A stretch of DNA of 64,000 nucleotides from Negaprion brevirostris (lineage: Eukaryota), in assembly GCA_030324005.1 (NCBI GenBank), contig JARDVH010000073.1:43499373-43563372 (forward strand), written 5' to 3'. Each line of letters opens with the position of its first letter. The first letter of the stretch is position 1. The position numbers and the translations under genes are program-made. Positions 60,641-64,000 of the stretch are shown here, piece after piece. The notes beneath the pieces are model-generated. The model was not told the DNA's origin, searched no databases, and saw only the letters and a list, made by a program, of their open reading frames with translations.

Positions 60641-60929
60641 TTTTTTACTTACTTTCCAACATCTTGTATGAATGGTCTGAATAGATGTCATCCTGAGATC
60701 AATTAGATGTGAATTGTGATTGCTGAAAGAATTGGGTTTACACAAGAAATAATGCCATGATGCCATCCTTCAGTTTCCTATCATAGTCCAATGATGTGGG
60801 TTGACCATTCTAAATTGCCCCTTATTGTCCAAAGATGTGTAGAATAGGTGGACTAATTGCATTTAAATCCCTTACTCTTCCTCAGAAAGGACTCAGCTTA
60901 TCAGGATCCTCCCATCATAAATAGTTCCA

Positions 60930-61290
60930 CCCCTCAGGTCCTGTCCTTCTCTGTCATGCTCTGGCACTCTGTCTTTGTTAATTATAAGTCCATCTCCAAC
61001 CTTCCTTTCATCAGTAAAGTCATTAAACATATCATTTTCCAAATGTCTGCCCATTTTTCTCCACACCTCCTGAATTTGGTGTCTCCAATTAGATTTCCGC
61101 CCCTACCATGACATAGAAATTACCACAGTCAAAGTAACAAGCTGCAGCCTCTGTGAGCTGAATGGATTATGCCTCTGCCTCTGCCTCCTCTTTTCTGCAG
61201 CTTCAGACATGGCTAACTCAAATACTTCTCTGCTGCTTTCCATCAGAGTGGAAGTACCCTCAATTCTTACCTATGCAATCACAGCAAGCA
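60930..61290 (+). mobile_element. L2 LINE RT fragment
   Basis: ORF 60857 contains NYKSISNLPFISKVIKH (NYRPISNLPFLSK motif), followed by agatttccgcccctaccatgacatagaaa. Confidence 0.65.
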
Positions 61291-61416
61291 TGCAAATAAA
61301 TTGAAAACCTTTTTTAATACTTCCTTTAACATAAAGAACAATGAAACTGGAAAAGAAAACTAGGAAGTTAAAAAAAAATCACTAACAGAGAATCACATTG
61401 TACAGAATTGATTTGT

Positions 61417-61737
61417 GTGGCTCAGTGGCACAGTATTTAGCACTGCTGTCTCACAGCACTAAGGGCTTGGGTTTGATTCCAGCCTTGTATGGAGTTTGCA
61501 TGTTCTCCCCATATTTGCGTGGATTTCCTCCAGGTGCTCCAGTTTCCTCCCATAGTCCAAAGGTGTGGATTGGCTATGCTAAATTACCCAAAGAGGTGCA
61601 GGATAGGTGGATTAGTCATGGTAAATATGTAGGGTTAAGGGGATAGGGTCAGGTGGGCCTACGTTAGATGCTCTTTTGGAGAGTCAGTGCAAATTCAATT
61701 GGCCGAAAGACCACCTTCAGCACTGTAGGGATTATGT
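61417..61737 (+). mobile_element. HE1-like V-SINE
   Basis: cagtggcacagtatttagcactgctgtctcacagc, V-core, and tail cactgtagggattatgt. Confidence 0.8.
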
Positions 61738-62252
61738 AGGGATGCTATGGATAATTGGGGAGGAATTCACCACATACAGCACTGCAAGATGTCCCTCATT
61801 TGACCATTTGATACCGATCTTTCCTCCAATGCCCTCACGCTCTACAGAACTCTCAAAATCAACTGATTGAAGCCTTGCCACCTCTTTCTTCCAGCAAAAA
61901 ACTCCAAAAACATATCAGTTTGGCTTCTTATTTTCAGTTCCCAAGTCCTCAGTTCAGCATTCTTTCCTGCTGTAAAACACTGGAACACTCTTCTAGATAG
62001 CAAGTGCGAAATTAATGCAAAGTGACAGCTTATAAAGCATTGCAGATGAATTTTAGAAATGTGTTTGCATGTATAATAAGATAAAGAGTATAGTGGATTT
62101 AAAATCAAGGTTTAAGCATTTTTTAAGGATAATCATGTTAGAAAAATAAATGTTTCTTTCATGTTTAGGTCACATAATACAATTTCCCAAATGAAATGAT
62201 AGTTGGGCAGCCGACTTCCTGAACTTTGGCAAAGCCACTCTCAAACCCAAAA

Positions 62253-62543
62253 GTTTTTAAGTTTAATTATTAATGTCACAAGTAGACTTACATTAACAAT
62301 GTAATGAAATTACTGTGAAAATCCCCTCATCACCACACTCTGGTACCTGTTCAGGTACACTTAGGGAGAATTTAGCATGGCCAATGCACCTAGCCAGCAC
62401 GTTTTTCGGACTGTAGGAGGAAACCCATGTAGTCACAAGAAGAACGTGCAAACTCCACACATAGTGTCCCAAGTCAGGAATCGAACCTGGGTACCTGGTA
62501 CTGTGAGGCAGCAGTGCTTATCACTATGTCACTGCACTGCCCA
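62253..62543 (-). mobile_element. HE1-like V-SINE with the alternative tail
   Basis: tgtcacaagtagacttacattaac...tactgtgaaaatcccctcatcaccacactctgg followed by the reversed HE1 core and head. Confidence 0.85.
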
Positions 62544-62989
62544 AAAGGCTTTCAAGTTGAAATATTTAAATGTTGATTCTTGCGGCCCACCAGATGAAGA
62601 GCTCACCTCCTCTGTACTTCCCCGGGATACCTGACATCAAACAATATGTATCAATGGGTTGCGGGTGGGGTGGGGGGCGGATTCAGCCCCCGAAACTGAT
62701 CCAACAGTTTCTGAAATTATACAGTGCACAACAAAAACAAATATTTTATTCTGCATCTAGCAGGCTCTAAAGAGGCGTAAAATATATTTAGAAAAAATAA
62801 ATACTTCAACTGCCGTAATGATTGTATAGATGAGAGGGAGAGAAAGATTCACATTCTATCCAACGCAAGAAACTAATTTCTGGTGATTCCGGAGGCTGCT
62901 GATGACATTTATTTGGAAAATCGGAATAGAAAAATATTCTGGAGAGGAAGGCAATTAGTTGAACCCGCAGATGTTAGTCTCCAATTTAC

Positions 62990-63112
62990 CTTCACATTGC
63001 TTCCCGTCTCCTTTGTAGCCTGGTTTGCAGATGCATTTGTAGGATTTGGGCGTATTTTGACAGATTGCATCGATATGACAGTCGTCTGTTCCTACCGCAC
63101 ACTCATCGACAT
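62990..63112 (-). CDS. SCUBE1: SCUBE1-like coding exon (probably exon 2), first calcium-binding EGF-like domain
   Basis: Manual minus-strand translation gives (D)[40 protein letters not shown], a 6-Cys cbEGF nearly identical to the remembered N-terminal EGF of vertebrate SCUBE1 ([37 protein letters not shown]). Acceptor tttctggttctag|AT, donor GAAG|gtaaat, 123 bp, phase 1-1. Not captured in the supplied ORF track. Confidence 0.92.
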
Positions 63113-64000
63113 CTAGAACCAGAAACACACAGCGTCAGGATTTCATTAACAACCAGAGACATCAGTTATCAAAAATATCGAAACCACAAAACGGGAGTGG
63201 TGCTCAATCTTGATTTCTTAATATTCGGTACCTGCAACGTCTCATTATTCTTCTGTTTTGGTGGTTTCGCGGTCAACCTTCTACAAGAATTCAAAAGTAC
63301 TTTGGATCCCGTGGAAAGAAAGTGCAAGAGAGGTGATGGTGCTGATATATGGGACCCTGTACTATTTCTTGGTGACTTCTCATCCAGCATTTGGAAAATT
63401 TACAACCCTATGTAATTTGCAGCGCTGAAGTAAGCCATTCGGCCCACCTAGGTTATGCTAGTGTTTCTGCTCCACACGATTCCCCTCCCACGCCACTTCC
63501 TCTATCAGCCCATCCCACTATTCCTATCTCCCTCGTGTATTTACCTAACCTCCCGTGAAAAAAATTGTAAACGCAAATGCTTCTCACTGATGCGAAAGAG
63601 CCCATCCATAATGGCTGCTCAGTATATTTCTGATAGATAAATTCGAAACCCCACCAAGTATCTTTCAGAAGTAAACAGAACTCTGTTCCGACTGTTGTAA
63701 GCTTGAGTATTAAATAAATGTTTTAAATGTATATTGCTTCATTGCTTCGCCTCTTGTTGGCACCACATCAAGAATCAATAATAAATGGCTTCAATACATT
63801 GGTATGAATTGGGTAGAGCAGAGCTAAAACTTGCATCCAATAAATAATACATGGGCATACTGAGTACCAAATTGCTAATATCGATTTTTGGGACAATATC
63901 ACTCACGGACTACGTGAGACACGAGTGTCCCACGCCGATCAAAAATGTCATGATCCACATTTCAGTGGCATTTAAATTTAACACAATAAAAACTACACGA

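Larger units (their letters stand above)
39953..62989 (-). other. SCUBE1: GT-AG intron of the SCUBE1-like gene (23,037 bp including gaps)
   Basis: Lies between the two in-frame EGF exons. GT at 62989-62988 and AG at 39954-39953 on the minus strand. Confidence 0.85.

Noticed and set aside
3161-62634. Recurring short ORFs such as MVAQWLALLPHS...GHCLCGVCTFSPCLRGFP
   Set aside because: These are translations of HE1 SINE copies, not a gene family.
62883-63415. Plus-strand ORFs 62883..63116 and 63065..63415
   Set aside because: They are antisense shadows of exon 2 and its flank, with no independent coding evidence.
1-64000. CRISPR arrays, operons or other prokaryotic-type systems
   Set aside because: There is no regularly spaced repeat-spacer array or dense gene packing, and the sequence is a vertebrate intron landscape.

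Overview
This is eukaryotic (vertebrate) genomic DNA from a gapped draft assembly, almost certainly a shark or other elasmobranch, judged from HE1/V-SINE, SacSINE1-like, CR1/HER1, L2, Rex1/Babar, Penelope and GC-rich MITE repeats. The window lies inside a minus-strand SCUBE gene, best matching SCUBE1. Only two coding exons are visible: 63112-62990 (first Ca-binding EGF domain) and 39952-39827 (second EGF domain). Both have canonical AG/GT ends and phase 1-1, and they are separated by a 23,037-bp intron. Exon 1 lies beyond the right edge, and I could not find the next exon in the remaining ~39.8 kb. Everything else is intronic, mostly decayed transposable elements plus some unique, CNE-like stretches, and the other listed ORFs are TE remnants or noise. 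I see no new protein-coding system. The most notable observations are: (1) one SINE head/core carrying two alternative 3' tails, one CR1-type and one apparently Rex1/Babar-type; (2) hammerhead-ribozyme relics in Penelope-derived pieces; (3) a TTAA-bounded element whose TIRs contain a 36-bp palindrome; (4) a 123-bp inverted duplication just downstream of exon 3. Repeat family names come from recall of consensus sequences and need confirming with Dfam/Repbase, and repeat boundaries are approximate.
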